The notes beneath the pieces are model-generated. The model searched no databases and had not been told where the DNA came from. It saw only the letters and a list, made by a program, of their open reading frames with translations. DNA of 64,000 nucleotides from Polyangiales bacterium. GTDB lineage: Bacteria; Myxococcota_A; Polyangia; Polyangiales; Ga0077539. Position numbers and translations under genes: made by a program. How positions within the stretch are numbered: the first letter of the stretch is position 1; every line of letters starts with the position of its first letter. Below, piece by piece: positions 29,384 to 38,830 of this stretch. The stretch lies in contig JBGARZ010000004.1 of NCBI GenBank assembly GCA_044229975.1, positions 32,001 to 96,000 of the forward strand, in the 5' to 3' direction.

Positions 29384-30915
29384 TGCGCTCGCTCCGCCTC
29401 CCGCTGCTCGCCCTCGCGGGCCTTTGCGCGTTGCCTTCGCTCGCCTCCGGGTACGCCGTCGGCGAGTCGCACTGGAACCCCTCGTCGCTCCCCATCACCT
29501 ACCGGGTCAACGCCACCTCGGCGCCCTCCACCATCGGCGGCGACGCCGCCATCGCCGCCCTCGACGCGGGCATGGCGAGCTGGGCCGCCCCGGCCTGCAC
29601 CCGCTGGCGCACCACCAACGGCGGGGCGTCCGCCGTCGAGCGCGCCACCGCAGGCGACCGGCGCAACGACTTCCTGTGGATCTCGCTCTCGTGGCCCGCG
29701 GAGCTCGGCCCCGTCAACAGCGTCATCGGCGTCACCACGCCCGTCTGGACCAGCGGCGGGTACTTCATCGACGCCGACATCCAGTTCAACAACGTGGGCT
29801 TCACCTGGAGCACCGACGGCCGCCGCGGAACCGTCGACACGCAGTCCATCGCCACCCACGAGGAGGGCCACTTCCTCGGCCTCGACCACTCCTCCCAGTC
29901 GAGCGCCGTGATGTACGCGTCGTACCCGGGCGGCGTGAAGCGCACCCTCACCGGCGACGACATCGGCGGCGTGTGCGCCATCTACCCGTCGGGCGCCACC
30001 ATCCCCGACGCGGGCGTCGTCCCCGTCACCGATCCGTGCAACCGCTACACGTCGTGCGCGGGCTGCACCCCCGTCAACAACTGCGGCTGGTGCGGCGCCA
30101 GCGGGATGTGCGTCACCTCCACCTCGTCGGGCCCCACCGCAGGGTCGTGCGGCAGCGGCTTCGTCTGGCAGCCCAGCGCCTGCACCACCACGATGCCCAC
30201 GGTCGACGCGGGCACGAGCGACCCCTGCTCGCGCTTCACGAGCTGCGGCGGCTGCACCCCCTACGAGGGCTGCGGCTGGTGCGGCGCCACCAACCGCTGT
30301 CAGCTCGGGACCCCGACGGGCCCCAACGCCGGGAGCTGCGGCTCCAACTGGGCCTGGACCACCACCCAGTGCACGGCCGGCGGCGACGGCGGCGCCGCCG
30401 GGGGCACCGCGGCCTTCGGCGAGCCGTGCCGAACGCCCACCGACTGCGCCTCCGGGGTGCTCTGCGTGGGGAGCAGCGCGACGACGGCGTTCTGCTCGCG
30501 CGCGTGCACCGACGACTGCACCTGCCCGCGCGGGTACGCCTGCAACGGGCGCCTCACCACCGGGCAGACGGTCTGCGTGCCCGGCACCAACCGATGCACC
30601 ATGACCGACGCGGGCATCGTCCCGCCGCTCGACGTGGGCGTTCGCGTTGATACGGGTATTCGCGTCGACGTGGGCGTGCCGGTCGACCTCGGGGTCATCA
30701 CCGACAACGACGCGGGCACCGCGAAGGAAGACGCCGGCGTGGTCGTCATGACCGACGCGGGCGCTCCCGACGCGGGCAACTGGATGGTGACCAACCCCAG
30801 CGACGGCTGCGGTTGTCGCGTTCCGGGCCCGACGAGCACCTCGCGCGCTCAGGGCGTGTGGGCGCTCGCCGCGATGGGCGCGGCCCTTACCGCGCGGCGA
30901 CGTCGCCGCCGCTGA
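29383..30915 (+). CDS. Matrixin (M10) metalloprotease with two PSI-like repeats and a MYXO-CTERM-like tail
   Basis: HEEGHFLGLDH, Met-turn AVMYASY, CxxCxxxxxCGWC x2, GCGCRV...TM...RRRRR. Confidence 0.9.
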   Translation: MRSLRLPLLALAGLCALPSLASGYAVGESHWNPSSLPITYRVNATSAPSTIGGDAAIAALDAGMASWAAPACTRWRTTNGGASAVERATAGDRRNDFLWISLSWPAELGPVNSVIGVTTPVWTSGGYFIDADIQFNNVGFTWSTDGRRGTVDTQSIATHEEGHFLGLDHSSQSSAVMYASYPGGVKRTLTGDDIGGVCAIYPSGATIPDAGVVPVTDPCNRYTSCAGCTPVNNCGWCGASGMCVTSTSSGPTAGSCGSGFVWQPSACTTTMPTVDAGTSDPCSRFTSCGGCTPYEGCGWCGATNRCQLGTPTGPNAGSCGSNWAWTTTQCTAGGDGGAAGGTAAFGEPCRTPTDCASGVLCVGSSATTAFCSRACTDDCTCPRGYACNGRLTTGQTVCVPGTNRCTMTDAGIVPPLDVGVRVDTGIRVDVGVPVDLGVITDNDAGTAKEDAGVVVMTDAGAPDAGNWMVTNPSDGCGCRVPGPTSTSRAQGVWALAAMGAALTARRRRRR

Positions 30916-32170
30916 GAGCTGCTCGACGGCGGCGCCACGCCACGCCGAGCGCCGCCAGTCCTGCCACCAGCAAACCACCCGTCGAGCCGTTGGCCCTTGG
31001 GGTCACCGCGCAGCCCAGAAACTCCGCCCGCGGGCCTTCGCCGCAGGGCAACGGCCGGTTGCGAACCACGCCGTACGTGTGGAGGCGATCCTTCACGCCG
31101 AGGTCGCTCGCCATGAGCTGGAGGTCGCGGTCGAGCGCCGTGGCCGCGAGGTCGGCCCGCAGGCGGGTGAGCGTCGCGGTCTCGCCGATGCCCTGAAACG
31201 CCAGCCGCGCGTCGTCGCTCGCGACCATCGACCCGCCGACAGGAACGCGCCCGCCGCCGAAGCGCGCGGCGTTTTCGACGGTGCTGCGGGTGACCCGGTC
31301 CGAGCTCTCGGTGAGCCAGAGGCGGTTGCCGTTGGCGCGGTTGAGCGCCTCGAAGGCGCGGCGGAAATCCTCCGCGGGGACCGTCGGCGCGTTGAAGTCG
31401 TAGGTCAGCGACGAGGGGACGATCTCGCCGTTGGGGAAGTTCATGGCCTCGTAGCGCGAGGGCGCGAGCACCATGAGCAGGAGGCCCACCTTGTCGGCCA
31501 CGCCCGCGGCGATCATGCGCAGCGGGAGCACCGGGCTCAGCCCCGGCGTGGTCACCCGGATGGGGGTCATCTGCTCGACGCCTTCGCCCATGCGGAGGCG
31601 CAGCGCGATGAAGTCCATGCGCTGGGAGACATAGAAATCCAGCACGGGCTCGATCTGCACCGGGACGCTGTACCCGTTGGTGCGGAGCCAGGTGCGGAGG
31701 GCGGTCGGGTCGTCGCTGCGCACCACCGCGGTCATGTACGGGCCGACCACCTGCTCCTGCAGCACGGCCACGCCAGAGTCGGCGGCCAGGCTGGGTGGCG
31801 CAGCGCCGCCGCGCGCGCTGGCGAGGAAGTCCGAGTCGTCGTCGGCGCAGTACGGGGGATCGGGCGCGTTGAGCACCGGCGCCGAGAGGTTGTCCAGCGC
31901 CGTGAGGAAGCTGTTGTCGGCGACCTCGATGCGAACGTCAGGGCCGTTGTGGATGGGGAGGATCCACGAGAAGTCCGACGGCCGCCCGCTGTACCGGAAC
32001 TGGTCCCACAGGATGGTGCGATCGGCCGACAGGGAGAGGGCCATGCGGTGGTCGGTCACGACCTGCACCGCGCCGGGGGGCGCGAAGCATCCGCCGCACG
32101 CCTGCGCCGTCGAGGGGGCCATCACCAGACCGATGGTTGTGAGGGCAACCAGGGACAACAAGGGCTTCAT
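30887..32170 (-). CDS. DUF2330 family protein with a MYXO-CTERM-like tail
   Basis: AQACGGCF, FSWILP, VGPY, WLRTNGY, LPLRM; C-terminal GCAV...TM-RRRR. Confidence 0.85.
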   Translation of the reverse strand: MKPLLSLVALTTIGLVMAPSTAQACGGCFAPPGAVQVVTDHRMALSLSADRTILWDQFRYSGRPSDFSWILPIHNGPDVRIEVADNSFLTALDNLSAPVLNAPDPPYCADDDSDFLASARGGAAPPSLAADSGVAVLQEQVVGPYMTAVVRSDDPTALRTWLRTNGYSVPVQIEPVLDFYVSQRMDFIALRLRMGEGVEQMTPIRVTTPGLSPVLPLRMIAAGVADKVGLLLMVLAPSRYEAMNFPNGEIVPSSLTYDFNAPTVPAEDFRRAFEALNRANGNRLWLTESSDRVTRSTVENAARFGGGRVPVGGSMVASDDARLAFQGIGETATLTRLRADLAATALDRDLQLMASDLGVKDRLHTYGVVRNRPLPCGEGPRAEFLGCAVTPRANGSTGGLLVAGLAALGVAWRRRRAALSGGDVAAR

Positions 32171-32563
32171 AGATGGTCTTTCGCTCCGAGGAGAGGCGCC
32201 ACCGGGGGAGTGTGGTCGCGCTCTCGATCATCGAGACGCTCAGCGAGGTGCGTGCCAGCGGTCGCACCCCCGAACGCCCGGGAGAAGAGCGCCATTTGCG
32301 CTGGAAAACAAGGGCAGCGCCGCGGATGTCAGGCGCCCGACGGGTGTGCCATGGGGTGTGCCAGCGGGCGGATGCCGCACAGGGGTGGCGTCGGGCGCGG
32401 CTCTTTTGCTAGGCACTACAAATAGGGCGCGAGGTGGTGTAAGGGCACCGCTTCAACGAGCACAGCCGTGAAGCGCGGTCGTCGCGGCCATCGGAGGGTG
32501 CTTTTCGCGGAGGTGGCGTGCTGACTGGACGTCGGCGCGCCGAAAAACCGCAAGGAGCAACGA

Positions 32564-34663
32564 GTGGAGTCTCTTCTAACGGTCGGGTCGCTAGGCGTCG
32601 GGGCATTCGCCCTCGTCGTAGCGCTGTTCTTCTACGCAAAGGTCAAGAGTGGTCCTGAGGGCAACGAGGCCATGGCCCGTATCGCCCGGTACATCCGCGA
32701 GGGGGCGATGGCCTTCCTCACCACCGAGTACAAGGTCCTCGCCGTCTATGCCGTGGTGGTGTTTGGCATCCTCGCGGTCGCGCTGAGCCCAACGGCCGGC
32801 CTCGCCTTCATCGCGGGCGCGGGCCTGTCGCTGGTCGCGGGCTTCCTCGGCATGAAGGCCGCGACCTACGCCAACGTCCGCACCGCCGAAGCGGCGCGCA
32901 CCAAGGGCATGGCCGAGGCGCTGGTCACCGCCCTCGACGGCGGCGCCGTGATGGGCCTGTGCGTCGCGGGCCTCGGGCTCCTCGGCATGGGCGCCCTCTA
33001 CGCCTACAACCACGGCGACAGCGCCACGCTGATGGCGACCGCCGAGCACAAGCACCACTTCGGGTCGCTCATCCACGCCTTCGCGGTGGGCGCGAGCTCC
33101 ATCGCGCTCTTCGCGCGCATCGGCGGCGGCATCTACACCAAGGCCGCCGACGTCGGCGCCGACATCGTGGGCAAGGTCGAGGCGAACATCCCCGAGGACG
33201 ACCCCCGCAACCCCGGCGTCATCGCCGACAACGTGGGCGACAACGTCGGCGACATCGCCGGCATGGGCGCCGACATCTACGAGAGCTACGTGGCCGCCAT
33301 GGTCGCCGCGATGGCGCTCGGCCTCACGATGCCCGTCGAGACGCTCCAGAAGCTCGCGCCGTCCGTCACCGACGAGACCGCGCTGCGCGTGATGGCCGTG
33401 GCGCTGCCCATCGGGCTCTCCACCATCGGCCTCTTCGTCTCCGTCATCGGCATCTTCATCACCCGCGCCCTCAAGAACATGCCGCCCGCGCGCGTCCTGC
33501 GCATCGCGCTCATCGTCCCGCCCTTCCTCGTGACGGGCGCGGCGCTGGCGCTCTTGCCCCGCTGGGGCTTCAGCATGGGCGCCGTGATCACCCTCGGCGC
33601 GGGCGCGCTCGGCGGCGCCATCCTCGGGCTCATCACCGACTACTACACCTCGATGGGGCCGGTTCACTCCATCGCGAAGAGCTCGCTCACGGGCCCCGGC
33701 ACCAACGTCATCCGCGGCCTCGCGGTGGGCCTGGAGAGCACGGTCATCCCGATCATCACGCTGGTCGCGGTGGGCGCGGTGTCCAACCACTTCCTCAACC
33801 TCTACGGCATCGCGCTCGCGGCCGTCGGCATGCTCGCCGGCACCGCCATCGTGATGACCGTCGACGCGTACGGCCCCATCGCCGACAACGCGGGCGGCAT
33901 CTCGGAGATGTCGGGCCTCGGCAAGGAGGTTCGCGCCATCACCGACGAGCTCGACTCCGTGGGCAACACCACCGCGGCCGTGGGCAAGGGCTTCGCCATC
34001 GGGTCGGCCGTGCTCACCGTCATCGCGCTCTTCGCGGCCTTCAACATGGAGGTCAACGCCGCGCGCGCCCTCCACGACCTGCCCGCGATGAACCTCGACA
34101 TCACCCGCGCGCCCATCCTCCTGGGCATCCTGTTCGGGGCGCTGATCCCGTGCGTGGTGGGCGCGACCACGATGACCGCCGTCGGCCGCGCCGCGGGCGC
34201 CATCGTCGAGGAGATCCGCCGGCAGTTCCGGGAGATTCCGGGTCTGTTGGAGGGCAAGGAGGGCGTCGAGCCGCAGCCCAAGGTGATCGTCGACATCGCC
34301 ACCAAGGCCGCCATCAAGGAGATGCTCCTGCCGGGCGCCGTGGCCGTGCTCGCGCCGCCGCTCGTCGGGTTCATCGCCGGCCCCGAGGCCCTCGCGGGCG
34401 TGCTCGCGGGCTCGCTCGCCGTGGGCGCCACGCTCTCGCTGGTGATGGCCAACGCGGGCGGCGCCTGGGACAACGCGAAGAAGTACATCGAGAAGGGCGG
34501 CCTCGAAGGCCACAAGAAGGGCTCCGACGCGCACAAGGCCGCGGTCGTGGGCGACACCGTGGGTGACCCGTTCAAGGACACCTCGGGCCCGGGCATCGCG
34601 ATTCTCATCAAGGTGATGAGCGTCGTCGCGCTGCTCATCGCTCCGCTCGTCGCGACTCGCTGA
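32564..34663 (+). CDS. hppA: Membrane-bound ion-translocating pyrophosphatase, K+-dependent type
   Basis: GGIYTKAADVGAD, EDDPRN, DNVGDNVGD, DNAGG, GNTTAA, GDTVGDPFKDTSGP. Confidence 0.97.
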   Translation: MESLLTVGSLGVGAFALVVALFFYAKVKSGPEGNEAMARIARYIREGAMAFLTTEYKVLAVYAVVVFGILAVALSPTAGLAFIAGAGLSLVAGFLGMKAATYANVRTAEAARTKGMAEALVTALDGGAVMGLCVAGLGLLGMGALYAYNHGDSATLMATAEHKHHFGSLIHAFAVGASSIALFARIGGGIYTKAADVGADIVGKVEANIPEDDPRNPGVIADNVGDNVGDIAGMGADIYESYVAAMVAAMALGLTMPVETLQKLAPSVTDETALRVMAVALPIGLSTIGLFVSVIGIFITRALKNMPPARVLRIALIVPPFLVTGAALALLPRWGFSMGAVITLGAGALGGAILGLITDYYTSMGPVHSIAKSSLTGPGTNVIRGLAVGLESTVIPIITLVAVGAVSNHFLNLYGIALAAVGMLAGTAIVMTVDAYGPIADNAGGISEMSGLGKEVRAITDELDSVGNTTAAVGKGFAIGSAVLTVIALFAAFNMEVNAARALHDLPAMNLDITRAPILLGILFGALIPCVVGATTMTAVGRAAGAIVEEIRRQFREIPGLLEGKEGVEPQPKVIVDIATKAAIKEMLLPGAVAVLAPPLVGFIAGPEALAGVLAGSLAVGATLSLVMANAGGAWDNAKKYIEKGGLEGHKKGSDAHKAAVVGDTVGDPFKDTSGPGIAILIKVMSVVALLIAPLVATR

Positions 34664-34773
34664 GTCGTCGCTCGCCTCTCTCCTCTACATTCCCCCAATC
34701 GACATCGCTCGGCCTTGGCTGCCGTGGGTTTTCAACCCGCGGTAGCCAAGGCCGGTCGAACGCATCGGGCGTG

Positions 34774-36387
34774 TCACATCATCGGTCGGCCGCAGCGAAA
34801 GACCGTCGGCGGCACGTCCGGCGCCAGCAGGTACGACTGCACCGCGCGCGCGAGGCACGCGTCGTCCAGCGACTTCGCGTGGCCCTCGCCGTCGTAGTCC
34901 ACCTCCCACGATCGGTGGTCGATCGCCGCCAGGAAGGCAGCGCCCTCCGTCGGCGGCGTCGCCGGGTCGTGCTGCCCGATGATGACCAGCGCGGGCGTTC
35001 GCGGGTGCGCGGCGAGCACGGTCTGCGGCGCCACCGGGAGGCTCCAGCGCGCGGCGACCACGAGGTTCATCCGCCACACGACGCCGAAGAGTCCGCTCCA
35101 CTGCGGGACGTTGCCCGTCCATGACCAGTCGGCGTCGTGCGAGGGCGCCGGATCATCCACCAGCCACTGCCAGCGCAGACCCGATGCGCGCGCTGACGAG
35201 GCCGCGTGGTTGCGCCGCTGCGCCTCGCCGATGACCGCGTCCATCGGGTGCGTGTCGCCGCGCAGCAAGGGTTCGATCTCCGCGGCGAGCGTCGGCCACG
35301 CCCCGGCGCGCAGCCCGTCGAGCAGGTGGGCCACGCGCTCGGCCAGCACCGCGCCGTCGGGCATCGCCAGCACGTCGCGCACGTAGCCCGGCTGCCGCAG
35401 CGCGGTCTGGAGGCGCTCGGAGAAGGCCGCGGGGGTCTCGGCCGGGCGCGCGCCGCACCGTGCGTTGGCGGTGCACCACGCGGCGAAGCGGTCGGCGGTC
35501 TTCGCGTAGGCGGTGGCCTGGGTGCGGTACGCCTCGGCGCGCGAGGCCGTCGGCCCGGTGGGGCTGTCGAACACCGTCGCCCGCGCCCGCTCGGGAAACA
35601 GCGTGAGGTACATCCCCCCGAAGCGCGCCGCCGCCGAGAACCCATAGAACGACAGCACCTTCTCGCCGAGTGCCGCGCGCAGGAGGTCGAGGTCGCGGGC
35701 GGCGTTCTCCTGGGTCATGCCGACGAGGAGGTCGCGCTCGACGGAGCGGGCGCACATCTCGGCGCGGTCGTGGGCCGAGGCCGCGAGCTCGCTCCAGCAC
35801 CGGGTGTCGTGGGGGTCGAAGCAGCCGTCGAGGTGCTCGACGGTGCGGCGGGCGGCGCAGGCGGGGTGCGGTCCGCTCAGGCCGGTTCCGCGGACGTCGA
35901 GGGTGACGAGGTCGAAGCGCTGCGCGACCGCGGGCATCGTCGTGGCGATGGTGGCGTGCACGGCCGCGAGCTCGTCGACCAGGGCCTTGCCCGGGCCACC
36001 CGGGTTGATGACGAGCACGCCGACGCGACGGTACGGATCGGCCGCGGGGATGCGTCGGACCGCGAGCCCGACGAGCCGACCGCGGGGCGCGCGGTGGTCG
36101 AGCGGGACGGCGAGCAGCGCGCATTGACCGACGCCGTCGGCGCAGCGGCGCCAGTGGAGCGACGGGGGTTCGTCGGCGTCGGCCGCGGGCTCGTCGGCGG
36201 GTGAGGGGAGGGCGACGAGCGGGGCGCGGCGGGCCTTGACGGAGGGCATGTGCAGCGGCCGCGGGGTGAGCATCGCGAGGAGGTAGCCGAAGCCCACGGC
36301 GAGGCCAGGGAGCAGCGGGTTGAAGTGGATGGCCAGCGGCGCACGGATCGATTCGACGGCGACGGTGGAGCGGTGCTCGACGTGCAC
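34774..36387 (-). CDS. TAP-like alpha/beta hydrolase (S33), start uncertain
   Basis: VPLDH, INPGGPG, FDLVTLDVRGTGLS, ARDLDLLR, GFSAA, HDPATP, GEGH. Confidence 0.8.
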   Translation of the reverse strand: MHVEHRSTVAVESIRAPLAIHFNPLLPGLAVGFGYLLAMLTPRPLHMPSVKARRAPLVALPSPADEPAADADEPPSLHWRRCADGVGQCALLAVPLDHRAPRGRLVGLAVRRIPAADPYRRVGVLVINPGGPGKALVDELAAVHATIATTMPAVAQRFDLVTLDVRGTGLSGPHPACAARRTVEHLDGCFDPHDTRCWSELAASAHDRAEMCARSVERDLLVGMTQENAARDLDLLRAALGEKVLSFYGFSAAARFGGMYLTLFPERARATVFDSPTGPTASRAEAYRTQATAYAKTADRFAAWCTANARCGARPAETPAAFSERLQTALRQPGYVRDVLAMPDGAVLAERVAHLLDGLRAGAWPTLAAEIEPLLRGDTHPMDAVIGEAQRRNHAASSARASGLRWQWLVDDPAPSHDADWSWTGNVPQWSGLFGVVWRMNLVVAARWSLPVAPQTVLAAHPRTPALVIIGQHDPATPPTEGAAFLAAIDHRSWEVDYDGEGHAKSLDDACLARAVQSYLLAPDVPPTVFRCGRPMM

Positions 36388-36504
36388 GGGTGACCTCTGG
36401 ATGGGTGATGGCGTGGGGACGTGGACGAGCGCTTCCCCTCCCTCACGGGTCGGGGTCCGGGCTCGCGTCGTCGAGAGGTCGCGGTCGTACGAAGAGACGC
36501 GGGC

Positions 36505-37275
36505 CTACAACCCCAGCGTGTTGAAGTACTCCGCGTCGATGATGTCGTCCTGGTCGACCTTGTTGAGCTGGTCGACGAGGCCGCGGCGGCGCATCGCGTC
36601 GCGGAGCTGGCACGCCCGGCCGTCGCCCGCGCGGCACGCCCGCTCGAAGTACCCGGTGGCCTGGTCGGCGCTCGGGCTCACGCCGCGGCCGCTCTGGTAG
36701 AGCGTTCCCACGCGGCGGCAGCTCAGGGCCTCGCCCGCCTCGCACGCGCGACGGAGATTGGCGACGGCCTGGTTGGCTGCGGGCGTCGTCCCATGCACGG
36801 CCACGCCCGGCAGCATCACCGTCCTCGGTTGCAGCATCCCGTGGGCGCGCACCAGATCGGGCCGCGCGTCTTCACCCGACGGCGCGGCGGCGTGTTGTAG
36901 CCACGCGGGCGGCGCCTCGTCGCGCAGGCCCACCGCGACGGCGATCACCACGCACGCCGCGGCCAGCGTCGAGACCAGCGCCAGAACGCCTTCCCGCGGC
37001 GCCCGCGCCGACACGTGCAGGGGCTGTCGCTCCTCGATGACGTCGAGCACCACGCTCCGCTGCTCGCGCGGCGGTTGACTCGCGTAGACGACCTCCAGCG
37101 CGCGGGCGCCGGCGGCGTGCAGCGCCTCGTCGCGGGGAGCGGGCGCGTCGGCCGCGGCGCCGCAGAGGCGGTCGAGCACGAAGGCGCGTTGGCCGCGCGG
37201 GGGCTCGTCGGCGTAGCTGCCTTCGAGGATGCGGGCGGCGACCTCGTCGAGGCCGTCGAGATCACGAGGCGTCAT
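36505..37275 (-). CDS. Membrane anti-sigma-like protein with Sel1 repeats
   Basis: TM helix; ACEAGEALSC...LYQSGRGV...YFERAC; overlaps the end of the sigma gene. Confidence 0.75.
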   Translation of the reverse strand: MTPRDLDGLDEVAARILEGSYADEPPRGQRAFVLDRLCGAAADAPAPRDEALHAAGARALEVVYASQPPREQRSVVLDVIEERQPLHVSARAPREGVLALVSTLAAACVVIAVAVGLRDEAPPAWLQHAAAPSGEDARPDLVRAHGMLQPRTVMLPGVAVHGTTPAANQAVANLRRACEAGEALSCRRVGTLYQSGRGVSPSADQATGYFERACRAGDGRACQLRDAMRRRGLVDQLNKVDQDDIIDAEYFNTLGL

Positions 37276-37945
37276 GGTCGACCTCGGAGGCGCGGTGGTG
37301 ATCGGAGGGCCCCGGCCGGATGGCGGCGCGGCCCACCTCGGCGAAGGCGACGAGCGACGGGAGCAGCCGCTGGAGGCGCTTGCGGAGCGTCGCGGCCGTG
37401 CACGGGCGCCCCGAGTGGGCGCTGATGAGCTCGGCCAGCTCCTCGAACTCCAGCTTGTCGATGCAGCTATGGAACAACAACAACCGATCCTCGTCGGGCA
37501 GCGCGTTGAGGAGCTGACGCAGGTAGATCATCGTGTCGGGGTCGGAGAGCGAGCGCTCGACGGACTCCACCGAGACCGAGTCGCCGTCGCAGGGCACCTC
37601 GATGTCGTCGAGGGAGAAGCGCGGCATCGCGTCGACCTGGCTGCGCACCTTGGACGCGCGCAGCAGGTCGATGACGTGGTTGCGGGCGATGCGGTGCATC
37701 CACGCCTTCACGCAGGCGAGCTCGCGGCCCTCCTCCATCGCGAGGCCGCCGATGGCCTGGCTCGCCTTGAGGAAGACCTCCTGCTCGATGTCGAAGACGT
37801 CGTAGCCGCGGCGCGCGCCGATCATCATCCGCGACAGCAGCCGCACGCTCGGGGCGCAGGCGTCGTAGATGCGCTGCCACGCGTCGCGGTACTCGCGGGC
37901 GCTGCGGGGGTCAGACGCGGCGCCGATGATCTCTCGCCATTGCAT
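37262..37945 (-). CDS. ECF sigma factor
   Basis: DIEQEVFLK, AWMHRIARNHVIDLLR, LPDEDR...FEELAE...TLRKRLQR. Confidence 0.9.
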   Translation of the reverse strand: MQWREIIGAASDPRSAREYRDAWQRIYDACAPSVRLLSRMMIGARRGYDVFDIEQEVFLKASQAIGGLAMEEGRELACVKAWMHRIARNHVIDLLRASKVRSQVDAMPRFSLDDIEVPCDGDSVSVESVERSLSDPDTMIYLRQLLNALPDEDRLLLFHSCIDKLEFEELAELISAHSGRPCTAATLRKRLQRLLPSLVAFAEVGRAAIRPGPSDHHRASEVDHDAS

Positions 37946-38139
37946 GGGATTGGGTGGTGCCCGACTCGGTGGAGGGTACGACGGTGGCGCCCCGGAATGG
38001 GAGCAGCACATCGGGTCCAACGCGGCCGTGGCGGGGCGTGTGACATCGGGCGCGGATGACGCGTGGCGCGACGCTCGCCTAATGCGGACTTACCCGAAGG
38101 GACGCGACCGCCCATGCCCGCGGTCGTCGTCCGTCGGCG

Positions 38140-38784
38140 CTACACCACGGGTTGATCGGGCTCGGGCGCCGGGTCGTCGGCGGGCGGCGGGGTCGAGCGG
38201 GTGCGCTGTCGCTCGAGGGGCGCGCTCAGCGCTTCGGCGAGGAGGGGGCGGGGGTGCCGGAGGGTGGTGTGCGCCGCGGCGCGGAGGTGATCGATGGCGT
38301 CGAGGAGCGCATCGAGCGCGAGCTGCCGGTCGTCGGCGCCGTCGAGGCGGGAGACGCGTGAGTCCACCGCCTGCTGGTCGTAGCGGGTGATGGCTTCGCT
38401 GGCGGCGACCAGGGCGAGCTGCGCTCGCTCGATGGCGTCGTTCGTGAGCGCGGGGAAGCGGGCCTGCTGTTCGAGCGCGCCCGCGATGACCTTCGGCGCG
38501 ACGTCGATGAGCGCGTGGGTGGCCCGCAGCACCGTGGAGAACTGCAACGCGGTGCGGGCAGCGTCGCCCGGGCGGGTGGTGAGCTCGACGACCCTACGCA
38601 GGGCGACGAGCTCTTCGAGCAGGGTCTTCACCAGCTCATCCACGGCGGCGGCCTCGACCACGAAGCGCTTGGACGACTTCTGGAGAGCGCGCAGGGCGCT
38701 CCAGGCGTGGGCGTGGAAGGGCGGCTGCTTCGGCAACGCCGGGTCAAGGAGCTCGCGGTACTTCCAGGCGAGCTTGAGCCGCAC
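38140..38784 (-). CDS. Hypothetical helical protein
   Basis: High-GC codon bias; AGGAGG 5 nt before GTG. Confidence 0.6.
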   Translation of the reverse strand: MRLKLAWKYRELLDPALPKQPPFHAHAWSALRALQKSSKRFVVEAAAVDELVKTLLEELVALRRVVELTTRPGDAARTALQFSTVLRATHALIDVAPKVIAGALEQQARFPALTNDAIERAQLALVAASEAITRYDQQAVDSRVSRLDGADDRQLALDALLDAIDHLRAAAHTTLRHPRPLLAEALSAPLERQRTRSTPPPADDPAPEPDQPVV

Positions 38785-38830
38785 CTCGGCCTCCTGTTGA
38801 ACGTGGGACAGGTCTTACGACGCCGGTCCG

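Noticed and set aside
38803..38818. IS66-like end (GTAAG on the minus strand) at the Rhs 5' junction
   Set aside because: Only 5 bases match the IRs; no partner end or target duplication found.
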